Positions 12,701 through 24,300 of a stretch of DNA of 64,000 nucleotides are shown here, piece after piece. Position 1 is the stretch's first letter. Every line of letters begins with the position of its first letter. A model generated the notes under the pieces. The model was not told the origin of the DNA. It was given only the letters and a program-made list of their open reading frames with translations, and made no database searches. The stretch lies in the NCBI GenBank assembly GCA_002633005.1, contig NMRA01000208.1, positions 473,606 to 537,605 of the forward strand, in the 5' to 3' direction. A program made the position numbers and the translations under genes. The stretch comes from Phoronis australis (taxonomy: Eukaryota; Animalia; Phoronida).

Positions 12701-15700
12701 ACAACAAATGTGCTGCCAGGGTTGTTTATCATAGTAAATGGCAGAGAATATAATCCATCCAAAAATTAAAAGGCGTCGTCACTCAAATAAAAAATATTTG
12801 TGCCAAATTTCAGGAAAATCCATCGAGGAACTCCAAAGATACAGAGGCAAATGTGAAAAAAAACATGTTGCCATTAGCAAGCAAAGTAGTATTTCGATTC
12901 GTCCATCAGTTGTCAAGAAACAGGAATACGGTTGCCAAGTAGGGCTGTTCCGAATAACACAGTAACATTCAAATTTTGCTGTATTTACCCACAATGCCCC
13001 ACTATATGTCAAGCACTTTCGTTGCTTCAGCGTTTCTAAGCCATTGAAGTCACACGTGGTCTTTGTCAACTGCATTACTCTATTTGTCCTTACAATGCCG
13101 ACAAAGTATTAGCTTAGCCCATAGCATGTGGGAATGTGCACTAGACTTCGACAGGACAACGTTGGATAACTTGACAAATATTCGCGGAGATATGACGTCA
13201 TATCTCCAGTCGCGAGCAGTGTAAAAATGGCCGGTTGCCGATTTGGGCAACTGCATGAACGACTGAAAAAAGTTTGATTACAGGAGTATTTGTTGGACTT
13301 GAAGGAATTAAATAACGAAGAAAATAAATCTGAAACTAAATAAGGTGACCCATTCTGGTTGTTTTATTTACCTATCTATATAAGGAATTAAAGACATGGA
13401 TGGCCTCCTCAGGTGTCCCTCAATGCACAAAAGGTACTTATGGTAATATGACTGAAGGTTAAATCAGCATGAGGCATAATTCAAAGAAAAGCTTCAAGGG
13501 TTTGAAGGGCATATTGGTAGGCCACCCTCTCTACTGCTATAGTTGAGATGGTGTATACATGAACTTGTAAGTGAATATTCATTGAAAAAATCAGGTGAAA
13601 TTTTTTTGCTCATTGTACAGAATTTTTGCAGTTGTTGGCCCTACGATCACCCATTTTCTCATTTAACGTAACTTGTGTCACAGTATGGGAGGAATACGAA
13701 ATGGTAATTAATTTTTTGTTTGGTGAATAAGATCACCAATAGTTGAACAACAGCAACGTTGAAATTCGCCCAGGAATGCACCGCAAACAATGTGCTTCTA
13801 GAGTTGTTCATTTCTATCATAAAAATGGCCACTAGACGGCGAAACACAGAAAACAGAACATGCCATGGCTTCTTTAACAGAAAGCTATTTACCAAATTTC
13901 ATAAAAATCTGTCAAGGTACTTCAGAAAAAACAAAGGAAAATTGTAAAAAAATGAAATTGCCATTAGGAGGCAGAGTGTCCGCCTCAAAGTCGTCATCTA
14001 TTGTTAGGCTTCACATAAATACACTTACTAAATTTAATAAAGATCCTGCAGTAGGTTTAGGAGATACAGCTATGGCCGCAAAACAAAACAAAACCACCAC
14101 TAGGAGGTGCCACAGTAACCGAAGTTATCAGCCTAATCACCGTCTTCACACTGAGAACATATACACCAATTTTCAAAATCCTCCTTGGAATGGTTTGGGG
14201 TGGACGCCAAAAAACAGACTAAAAACGGTAAATATGGCAATTAGGCGGCACACAATACCTCGAATCCACCCAAAAATGGGAGGATAGCATCACCCCAATA
14301 ATACATGCCGATATTCCAAATTTCTAAAACTCCGTTGAGGACCTTTGAATATACTCCGATAAACATAAAAAACTAAAATTGTCACTAGGGGGGACACGGG
14401 TGGTCAGGTCCATGAGAAAGTAGTCATCGTTCGTTGTCAAAATCATATAAATGCACTTGCTAAATTTAGCAAAGATCCTGCAAACTGTTTAGCAAAAATG
14501 GCCACTAGGTGGCGCAAAATACCTCGAATCCATCCGAAAACCGGATGATAAAGTCATCTCATCAATAGATGCATATATTCCAAGTTTTATGAAAATATGA
14601 TAAGGACCTTTAAAGATACAGATGTAAACGTAAAAAAATAAAATTTCCACTAGGAGACGCACTGGAAGTTCAATCCATGCAAAAGTCGTCATCGTCCGTT
14701 GTCAACATCATATAAATACACTTGCTAAATTTAGTGCAAAACCTATAAATGGCTTAGAAGATATAGCCATGGGCACAAAAAAAAAACAAAACTGCCACTA
14801 GGAGGTGCCACAGTACTCAAAGTTGTCCAAAAATCATCCTCAGCCATCCTCTTCATAGTAAGAAAAATTTGTGCCAATTTTCACATTCATCTTTAAAGTG
14901 GATTGGTTGACAGAGTGGTGGGTGCCAAAAAACAGGCTCGAAAACAGTAAAAATGGCCACTAGGTGGCGCAAAATACCTCGAATCCATTCAAAAACGGGA
15001 GGACAGCTAGCATCATCTCACCAAAAGATGCCTATATTCCAACTTTTATGAAAATACAATGAGAACTTCTGAAGATACAGAGATAAGCGTAAAAAATTAA
15101 AATTCCCACTAGGAGGCACACTAGTATTCGGAGAGGTCCGAAATTCGTCGCCATCCATCGTTTGCTTCATAGGAACACAATTGCCAAATCTCATCAGGAT
15201 CCAGTGAGGGTTTAGGAGACACTGTGAGTGGACGCCAGATGCCCGAACAGACAGAGATGATGGCAATATGCGATCACATATAAATATGTGGGCGCATAAA
15301 AAGGTTGGTTAAAATTTACGTTGTTTTGTTAACGTGTAATTTTTTTTCTTGCAGTGCAAATTGTTATCAACGTGAACATGATTGTTGAAGTTTCGTGGTT
15401 TTTTAAGTTCACGTGATCTTGAGATGAAGCAACAATTCAAGTTCATATACAGTACTGTCTAAGGGGCAAACTGAATCTATGACAGATTGCTTTGCTTGAA
15501 CTTGGACTTGCACTTTATCTGAAAATCGTGTATGCTGGAATTTGGAATTTAGTGTTCATTAATTTAATTGTGGTGTAAGTAGTTAAGTTGGCCTAACTTG
15601 GAATTACATATTCATACAGCAATCAGCAGATTTTTTGTTCATGAAAATTGTAATTGGCCCACTTCTTTATTTGAACCAGTATTATATGTAGTGTATTGGG

Positions 15701-16159
15701 GACGATCAGAAGCTGAGGACTCCTGTGATTTGAACTTGTCAATAAGTGAATATGGTTTATTATAGTTTGATTAAAATCCTAATAAACAAACAAATGTCGG
15801 CAGATGAATGAACATCATTTTAATTTTAAGAACCTGAGATTCACTTTAATGCAAAGAAAATTGTTATCAACGAAACGTGATTAGGCTACTTGACAGTTCA
15901 AGTTCATGCATACGAGTTCTTGACATCAAGCAGAATTCCAAGTTCAAGCAGAGCCAAGGTCATAGATAACTGTTCAATGACTTTCGGTAAACAACTCCGG
16001 TAATTTCACGGAAACAAATTAACTATGAAACAAAGCAGGTAAACTTACATGTGGATTGTCGCTGACTTGTTGAAACTGTTTAGACAGATTTGTCTTCAGA
16101 GTAGCGCGATACTTCAAAACACCTCGTAAAATTTTCTCAATGCCGCTTGCTACCGCCAT
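9777..16159 (-). CDS. Beta-class carbonic anhydrase (invertebrate BCA), about 268 aa
   Basis: Four phase-0 exons: 16159-16049, 12509-12285, 10674-10441 and 10013-9777. Zinc-ligand motifs CMDSR (CxDxR) and GHSDC (HxxC) are present, plus VRNAGN and EPGALEL. The N-terminus EKILRGVLKYR resembles invertebrate beta-CAs. A second in-frame ATG lies at 16210. Confidence 0.95.
10379..10411 (-). repeat. tRNA-Lys-like 3' half, probably a SINE head fragment
   Basis: The minus strand reads CTCAGGGTCGTGTGTTCGAGTCCCATTGGCGCA, resembling the tRNA-Lys variable loop and T-arm (B box GTTCGAG). No 5' half is present. Confidence 0.4.
11633..12111. mobile_element. hAT-type MITE in beta-CA intron 2
   Basis: 15-bp imperfect TIRs (CAGGCCTTTATGCAG / CTGGATAAAGCCCTG). 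Exact 8-bp TSD GACGCCAT at 11625-11632 and 12112-12119. Multiple subterminal GGACGCCC motifs. Confidence 0.85.
13780..15302 (-). mobile_element. Helentron-associated (HINE/DINE-1-like) non-autonomous element with internal ~145-bp tandem subrepeats, copy 1
   Basis: A terminal stem-loop TATGCGATCACATATAAATATGTGGGCGCATA (15267-15298) abuts an A/T run, with a degenerate GACA/GACG microsatellite next to it. Ten internal subunits. Homologous to 45719-46500 and 43895-44110. The left boundary is approximate. Confidence 0.7.
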
Positions 16160-16210
16160 CTCTTCGACTTGACCACCCTGATCGTGGTTCTGTGTCCTCA
16201 GTGATTCCAT

Positions 16211-16700
16211 CCGGGTCAGGGCGCGATTGTCTTGCTGACTTCCGCTGTTTTTGTACGCTGGTCTTACACCCAAAGACGCTACGGTCTCTGTTACACCTCT
16301 CTGATGAATTTGCCAGCAAACGAATCCTTACGAAGTGACCAAGTCGGTTCACCAAGTCTTGAAAGCACAGCGTTTCGAAATTTCCTTTCTCAGTATTAAA
16401 ATCCCATTTCCGATTGTTTATCTCTGACCCTAACCAGACCGTTTCTTACGGTACTCTTCTGAACTTGTCAATCTCACGTTTCAAGGCGGAGCACCTGTTG
16501 GGTCAATGACAACGTCATATGACCTTTGTCCTATTTTTGTATTAAAAATATTCCGCCATTTCCACGAGCTCGCTGCCGAAGGAAATTCTTCGTTACCTGC
16601 TAAATTTTAAAATCGGAGCGCTATTACTGTAAAATTCTCTTTGAAATTGCACGGCCATTTATCAGTGTCTACAGGTTATTTGTTGTCGTATTTTGGGTGA
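16211..16700. promoter_or_regulatory. Probable bidirectional promoter between beta-CA and SAP30L
   Basis: Divergent genes and a CpG-enriched segment. YY1-like CCGCCATTT at ~16553. A + strand donor G|GTGAGT at ~16697 would end a non-coding SAP30L exon 1, splicing to the acceptor at 17594. Confidence 0.55.
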
Positions 16701-17602
16701 GTTGTGTTCGAGAAAAGCATGAAAATTTCGGTCTTTGAAATCAACTGTTACAGACATTCGGTTTGGTAGCCTACTGTCTTTTTCCCCACTTCCTGCCTCA
16801 AATGTCATTTTATGTTGACACTGGTATTTCGCTGCTGTTGTTTAAGGCCATCCAGTTTATTGAAGCTGTGTTTTTAGAGCACAAGTTCCTATGTCGTTTT
16901 GTTCCGTTGTACGTAAGTCGTAAATATTGAATAAGCACAGTTGGTGAGATGTTCAGAGGAGGGCAGCGTTGGTAATCCACATTCCGCATTGTTAACAGGT
17001 GATAATTTTTTTGTGAAAAATGATTAAAACACAGATTGCTCAACAACCTCAGACTTATCTATCAGTAGTTGTATGAAGATTGGTTTTGTACTGAGGGTAT
17101 CCAAGGCTAATCTATCAATAAACTGTCCTTTTTTGATGCTCTTGTCTTTGTAATTTTGCATATTTAGGACAAATATGAAAGGGTAGTAATTGCTGTTTTT
17201 GACAATATATTTTACAATCTATTATTAGCAGGTTGAGGTAACTGTTGCCAGGTAACTGTTGTCAGGTAAAAGACGAGTAAACAGCGAGGTCACTCTTCAA
17301 AATGGCTTCCAGGATGCAGTTTTCAGTAATTAACAACCAGATTGCCCGTTTCAATTAACGTAATATATACATTATAAATAAAGGAAGCAAATCAACTGAG
17401 CAGTCCCATTATGGGCCATCACCTCTTTGTGGCATTCACAGGCGATGTTTTGACTACGGTATGCTAAAATTTAAAACCACCAATTTCCATCTGTCTTTTA
17501 TTATCCACAGTGAAGTTGAACATGATAAAATAGTTGTAGGATAAACTACAATGCTGATGAGTGACCCATACATTGGTGTCTAATCATTTTACAGATCAGA
17601 CC

Positions 17603-20007
17603 ATGAATGGGTATGGTATGGAGGATGACTCTCGCTCACATGGTCAAACTTGCTGTTTGTTAGAAGACAATCACCGCTGCCAACGGCCGGCGGGTAATGC
17701 TAGTTACAGCAAGAAAATACAGAAAATTGTCTCGCAGAGGAGACTTCGGTTGAATCTTGATAATAGTGTAAGTGAACTTTTCAAAAATGTTTAAAAGTGC
17801 TTTTGTATATGTCTGTGTGTTTAGATCAGCACAATATAAATCACTTTGAATGGAAGTGGCATTTTTAGTCCCAGCTGTATGTATTGTACTAATTATTTTG
17901 AACATTGTACAAGACGAATAGATTTGCCTCCCTTTTTGTTCACAATGTGCAGGGAAAATTGTTGCTAAATAATTTGCGTGATTTTCTTTACTTTGATCAG
18001 TGCTGGTCAGTTTAAGTGTATGCCAAATAGGGACTTCAAATATTTTTCCTCGATGAACATTGAATTGAACTATTAGTGGAGATGGTCATTTGCTTGCAGG
18101 TGAGACATATTTACATCTGTGATTACCACAAAGACCTGATACAAAGTGTGAGGAACAAAAGGAAAAGAAAAGAAAGCGAAGGCGATCACTCTCCTGATGA
18201 TGATCTGCCAGAAATTGGGGTGCGTATACCAAGCTTATTCGATTACTTTTGTGTGTTTTTGACCACATTCAAATCATGTCTAGTATTTCTGTACCATCAG
18301 TGAGAGTTTACCAGCACACAACTCTGAGGTAACCGTGGTTAATGTCACACCCAGTCTGTCAATCAACTTGCATGGAAAGGCGGTACCAATGTGTTAATCC
18401 ACTGACTCACCACCACAGATTAGTAAAGATTCTGAATTTGGATTTTAATTCTTTGTCATATTTTGACATAAATTTTTTTGTTACATAACTGACAGACACA
18501 TCCCCATAACACACCCTCCATGCACACAACACAATTACCATGTAAAGAAATCTCCCCACTTTTGCTGGACTTATAATTAGATTTTTATTTTGTAATATAT
18601 TTCTAGTTCCTTTTTTTAAAATGATTTCAGATGGTTGTTGGAAATTTAGTTAGATTCCTGAAATAGATGATGCTTTTGTCTAAAAGTACGGTAAAGTCTC
18701 ACCAATTTAGGACTCAATATGGCGGACAAGTGAAATTTATGTTTTCATTTGTTTAATAAAAGATAAGTAGCACCAAATAGATGCTGTACCATTTTAGCTT
18801 TCCATGCCATAGCTACCTTCGGACATTGTTTCCAGTAACTGTGGACAGTCAAAATAATAAGCGTTTGAAAAATGAAAAAAAAACAATTTTGGCAATTATT
18901 TTTGATATTGGTGAGATTTTACCTTAAATATTTAGTTGAACTTCTCATTATGTCTTTTTGGTTCACCAAATAAAACTGTTTGAATGTCTATTAAGGACAC
19001 CTCTCATTTTTTGAGTTCTTAAAAAACACACTATTTTGTTCCAAAACACAGGACAAAGCCAAAATAAATGTGCCATCGACTCATTTTGGGAAATGTTTCC
19101 ATTATTTTTTATCTGCTGTCAGAAAAGTTTTATGCATATCTATGTGGTAAGATTAACATCACCCTCTTTATGCATATCTATGTGGCTATAGATTATCATC
19201 ACTCTTTTTGAAAGTAACTTATTTTGCTTTTCAGCTGGACTTCTTTCAAATTCCTGTAAATACCCTCAGAAGATACAAACGTCATTACAAGTTACAAACA
19301 CGCCCAGGACTCAACAAGTCACAGTTGGCAGACGTAAGGAGCTGTTTAACAGTTAGCCAGTAAAAAGATAAGGCCAAATGATAATTTTGCATATATGTAT
19401 GAAATTGACTTTATTTGCAAAAACGAGATAATTTAATCAAAATGAGTTGTATTCATTAAGGGCATTGTGGTAACAGTCAATTACAAAAGCTCCTCAGTTT
19501 GATCAGTTTGAGAACCAGTTTTCTCCACTGAATTACGGACATTAAAGTGGTTCTCAAAATTTGGGACTGTTGTCGTTTTTTGGTGTAAGTTTTATAGCGT
19601 GTGTTAATTATACAAAATTCAGCTCTTGCTGAAAATTCTTTCAAGCTCTTGATTTTTTTAATTTTAAATCATTACATTGTTTGAATCCAAGTTATCAAGG
19701 AATAGTATGTTGTTACAACTGCTATTTGTTTTAATATTATTATTATTGCTTTTATATTTGAATTTGGCTTGTATTGGACATGATTGTGGTTCAAGTTTCT
19801 GTGAGTATCAGCCAAAACATGCACATTATGGTTTTGTTTTGAGATGTTTCACACACTAACTTGACTTTTTGTGTTTTATTTCAGTCAGTATCTCGCCACT
19901 TCAGAACAATACCAGTGTCTGAGAAAGAGATTGTCACTTTCTTCATATACATGGCCAAGAACCATAAGAGTCGCTTTGACCAGAAACACTTGGATGAATC
20001 AAGATAG
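17603..20007 (+). CDS. SAP30L: Histone deacetylase complex subunit SAP30/SAP30-like, 168 aa
   Basis: Phase-0 exons 17603-17767, 18100-18219, 19235-19333 and 19885-20007. They encode a zinc finger ([10 protein letters not shown]...RHIYICDYH), an NLS (RNKRKRK) and the Sin3-binding domain ([39 protein letters not shown]...FFIYMAK). AATAAA at ~21596 is followed by a GT-rich tract. Confidence 0.96.
18689..18924. mobile_element. Tc1/mariner-type MITE in SAP30L intron 2
   Basis: TIRs GGTAAAGTCTCACCAAT / ATTGGTGAGATTTTACC (1 mismatch), flanked by TA on both sides. Related decayed sequence at ~5672-5875. Confidence 0.7.
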
Positions 20008-20140
20008 AATGAGACTGCTTTGGTACTGAACCTATTGTTAATGTTAACTGTTTGTTTGTGTTGCTGATTCAGACTTGGTATTTCAGATGACAACCAGTGT
20101 CTGAGCATACACGTTGGGTGTCATTCACTTTTGCTGGGTG

Positions 20141-20240
20141 TTTCTCTGGCTTGGAGTTTCTCTGGCTTGGAGTTTCTCTGGCTTGGAGTTTCTCTGGCTT
20201 GGAGTTTCTCTGGCTTGGAGTTTCNGGGGGGGGGGGGGGG
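20141..20240. repeat. 16-bp tandem repeat x5, then an N and a G15 run
   Basis: TTTCTCTGGCTTGGAG x5, N at 20225. Confidence 0.85.
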
Positions 20241-21067
20241 CAACTTTTCCTCATTTCATTTTCATCTAAGGTAAGAAGACTTGGGAAGTTGAAGTTCATT
20301 AAGACTTGCAGATGTAGATTTTATGTAAGGCCAAATCTTGACTTATATTAAGGGCCAGGTGCACAAGTTGGAACAATTGTACAATGTGTCTGAGGTGAGC
20401 AAAAATTGGACTTCTGCATGTCTGATGCGAGTTTTAGTGTATATTGTTGCCAGCATTATGCACTGTAACTGTGGGATCGCTCTGTTTGACTGTCGGTGAT
20501 TTCACAAAATTTTTCATGTGACAAGGCAAGTTTTATGCCCATGTAAAAACGGTACATGTTATGTCTGATGATGCTTATTTTTGTAGACATTCTCTAGTCA
20601 ATGTAAAGATCTGCTTGTATTGTGTAACACTCTGGACAACTTCAACTGTGTTCGGTAGACAAGGTTTTTTCACTGGAAAAGTAAGATCTCGCAAGACAAA
20701 ATCACACGAATGAAATGTGAGTGTGCGACAAGAGCTTACTATCCTGTCCTAGCAAAATGGCCACCACTGTAGTGATTGGTTGGCAAGGTTGGAGCATTGA
20801 GTTATGGTGTTTCTGTTCAAGCAAATGTCTTGCGGTTTACGGACCTCAACCCGGTCTTGGATGTTCTTCTTTGTTTTACCCATAGTTAAATACTCAAGGT
20901 CAAGATTGCGGTCGTTGCTACGCCTGTCATTGTGTTTAGCCAAGGTCGTGACTCTTGCTCATCTGCAAATCTAGTTTGTGATTGCTTGTATTGGTCAGAC
21001 GTATTCTAGGTCACGATTCATTTATTCATCCGAGTTCTGTCATAGATTGTAACCAAAGTAATTAAAA

Positions 21068-21362
21068 GGTAAAAATTCTCCAATTTCGGACAGCTTCTAG
21101 AATTTGGGACGTGGAAACTCGTGCTTAAATTGAATTTTCTCGATTCTGAAATTGGCACAGGGGTGATTTTTTTCCTTATGCCATAGTTTTCAAATATTGG
21201 ACTACGTGTTTCAATCTGCAGAATGGGCAATTTTGATGACTTTCCAGTGATTCTTGAATTTGGGACAGCCAATATTACTTATTTCTCGAATTTGGGACAA
21301 GCTCCGACCTTGAGTAAAACAAGTTTTCCATTGTCCACTGTGCAAACTGGAGAATGTTTACC
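21068..21362. mobile_element. MITE with related TIRs inside the putative SAP30L 3' UTR
   Basis: Termini GGTAAAAATTCTCCAATTT / AAACTGGAGAATGTTTACC, with internal GAATTTGGGAC repeats. A similar fragment is at ~7905-7940. Confidence 0.55.
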
Positions 21363-24300
21363 ACAGCAACTTCTCTTCTGACATCTAATGTTCTAAGCGC
21401 TTGTGCTACTTTTTTGGTTGGTATTTCGTCTGTCTGCAAGTCAGGTTGTAAGACATTTGAGACAACTTGGCTTTTCACTTGTGTATCAAGCTAACACCTG
21501 CATGAACTATGATAATGCACTTATTTTGCTGGTTCGAGACGTGCATGATTTGTGGCTGTTGTTTCTCTACTGCTAGCATGTGTAATAATGAAAATAATAA
21601 ATATCATCGGTGTCTCTGTGTTTGTTTCTGCATATACTGAATCAATTTTTGGCAAGTTGCCTAGTCAGAGTCTGAAAATATTGTAGACCAGGAATATCTC
21701 CAAGATTACTAAATCTCGGTCTTTAAACACATGTCCTTGGATCATACTGAACCCCAGGTCGATTTCACCCAATCCTTGTCCTGTCACCTGCTAATGCATC
21801 ATTGACATCAAAGTTGAGAGATAAAGGCAGGAAGCCATTAAAAACCGATACGCCCTCTACAGTTACATTTTGAATGTTAGGGTTCTTGGGTTTTCTTTCT
21901 CCATAGTTGCCACGTGATTCGCTATAAGCGTAGGTCACGCTTGCTGCTATAGCAAGAGGGTTTTCACTAAAATCTTACTCACCATGAAGTATGACAGTGC
22001 AAGAAGTTCAGACAATGATTGAAACCTAAGTCGCATTGAAACTGGAATATGAGACTTTATTGAGTAAACATATAAGAAATCATCCAGAATTCTCAAAAAT
22101 ACTGTAAAACGTGAAGTAGTATAATAACACATGGCCTCACAGTTCTTCAGTTCCTGTTGCCCAGCTCTTTTTGACAGATGTTAGCAATTTAATTGCTGCC
22201 TCTGCAACGTGTTCAGTGATCACCTGGCACTTGAAATGAAATGTGTGTTATAAACTAGGCAACTTACTCTGTTGCCGGCTGAGGGAACTTACAGAACTGC
22301 CAGGCGCCCTTAATAACTTGTTAATAATCAAATTGACAAATAAAAAATCATGAACATTTTAAACTTAGTTCTAAATAATGGCATAAAGCAACTGCCCACA
22401 TCCACCGCGCCTTAATATATAACAATGTCAACTTACCCATTCGGGATAGAACTATCAAAATAGAGCAACATCAAAACAAAAAATCTCACATATTTAAAAC
22501 CCGATGTACAGCAACTGCTACAGGTGTAAAGCAGTCAACTTGGCTGGTTCTATTGTAGTGTAATCGCAAATCTGCATACCACGGTAACGTTGAAAAACTG
22601 ACCAGGAAGCTCCAAGAGGATACGATCTGATCAGCGTCCAAGAGAGGAAATATTACGCCATTATGATTGCGGGCAAAATATAGCATTGCAAAATATCATT
22701 CAGTATATAATTGTATATGAAAAGTGTCAATTAATAATAAAGTATGTCAAAAACAAATAATAAAGGAATAGACACGTAAAAGAAAACCTCTTCACCGAAC
22801 ACAGGCAAAAATGCGAGACAAATGGGCAAAGGAATAATACATCAGCTACGGCTTGATTTGAAATAAAGAAAACAATAAGGGTATTTAACACACTAGAACT
22901 ACTCTTAACTCTACTTTATACTATTCTACCAAATGGCTAAAACGAAAATTTACATTCCTTACAGTATAGTGGAATTAAAGCACCAGGCACTCCCTGAAGT
23001 CTGCACGGTATGTTTTGGACACTTTCGACCTAGAACATTGGTACAAGCGTTTGGAAGGTCCACTAACAGGCCTCAAAATAACCTGTCTTGCCCGGAATTG
23101 GGCACATTGCTAGGAAATGAATGTTTTTTCACTAGATAAGCATAAGAATATCCATAACAAGGCCGTACAGACTTCAAGTTTCAAAAACCAACAAAGTACA
23201 TTATGCAACCCATAAGACCAGAGGTGCATGACCTCGAATAAACACCCTGCACATTACTGCTGTTTTTTTACAAAATACACAACCATAACACAGCAGACCA
23301 TAAACATGGAAGTGTTATACATGCAGGACTACCAACTGCAGTCCCGCAGAACATAAAACTGATAACGGCGGCCTTAAAGAATAAATCGTGAACTGAAGCA
23401 AAAATAAACGAACGCCACGTGAAATCAAACTCGAGTCACGACGCAGAACACCAAGCGAACGTAAGACCTAAAGCAAAACCAAATATGTCCTTAAAATCAT
23501 AACATTGTAAACAAGACTTCGAGCAATCGTCATGGACAATGGCTGAAAAGACGCTTCCGTTAATAAAGCATACATGGTACACTACAGTACTAAACAACCT
23601 GTCGCCTCATATGCACTAGTTTTCACACGCAAACATTATCACTATATAAATCAAAGCATGCTGGATTGTCCTCAACCACCAAAAGATCACTCCTGTTACA
23701 AAATGGCTTTTAAACAGATTCTAGTCAACTGGACGGTCCTACAACCGCCCGTGGCTCGATGGAGTTGAAATAAAGTAAAACTGAAAACAAATTTAAACAG
23801 ACTTTCTTGGAAAATTTGTAACAATGACCAACGGTCATCAAAAACCATCAAACAAAAACTGCTCAAAAGGGAGCGTCTGACCCAACAGGTGCTACTCTTG
23901 TGGGTTATTTATTGCTATTGTCATCCAAGGATAAAGAACTGTGGCAAAAAACACTATGACTTGTTTCAGTAGAAAAAATTCAAAATGGATGAATAGCACT
24001 TGAAATCAAAATACCACAACACAATCAATACTGAAAAATCAAAAAAGCCTTTGGCTACTGCTTTCAACAAAACACCGTTTATGATCTGTAAAAAAGAGTA
24101 ATGTTAGCAAATTTGGAAGATGCGTCAAAAGACAAAAATCAAGAAAAATATGAATACATGTATATAGAGAGAATACCTGCCATGCTAACTAGCCCCTAAA
24201 TAGTTATCCAAAAGATCTTTGAGTAATTTTGAATATTATGGCTGAAATACACCTACAACTACTGAATAAACATAAGGCACAATAACAATATAATTGGTCA

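Noticed and set aside
13865-14287. 140-aa ORF and similar ORFs at 43937 and 45901
   Set aside because: They lie within HINE subrepeats and have no transposase or other domain motifs.
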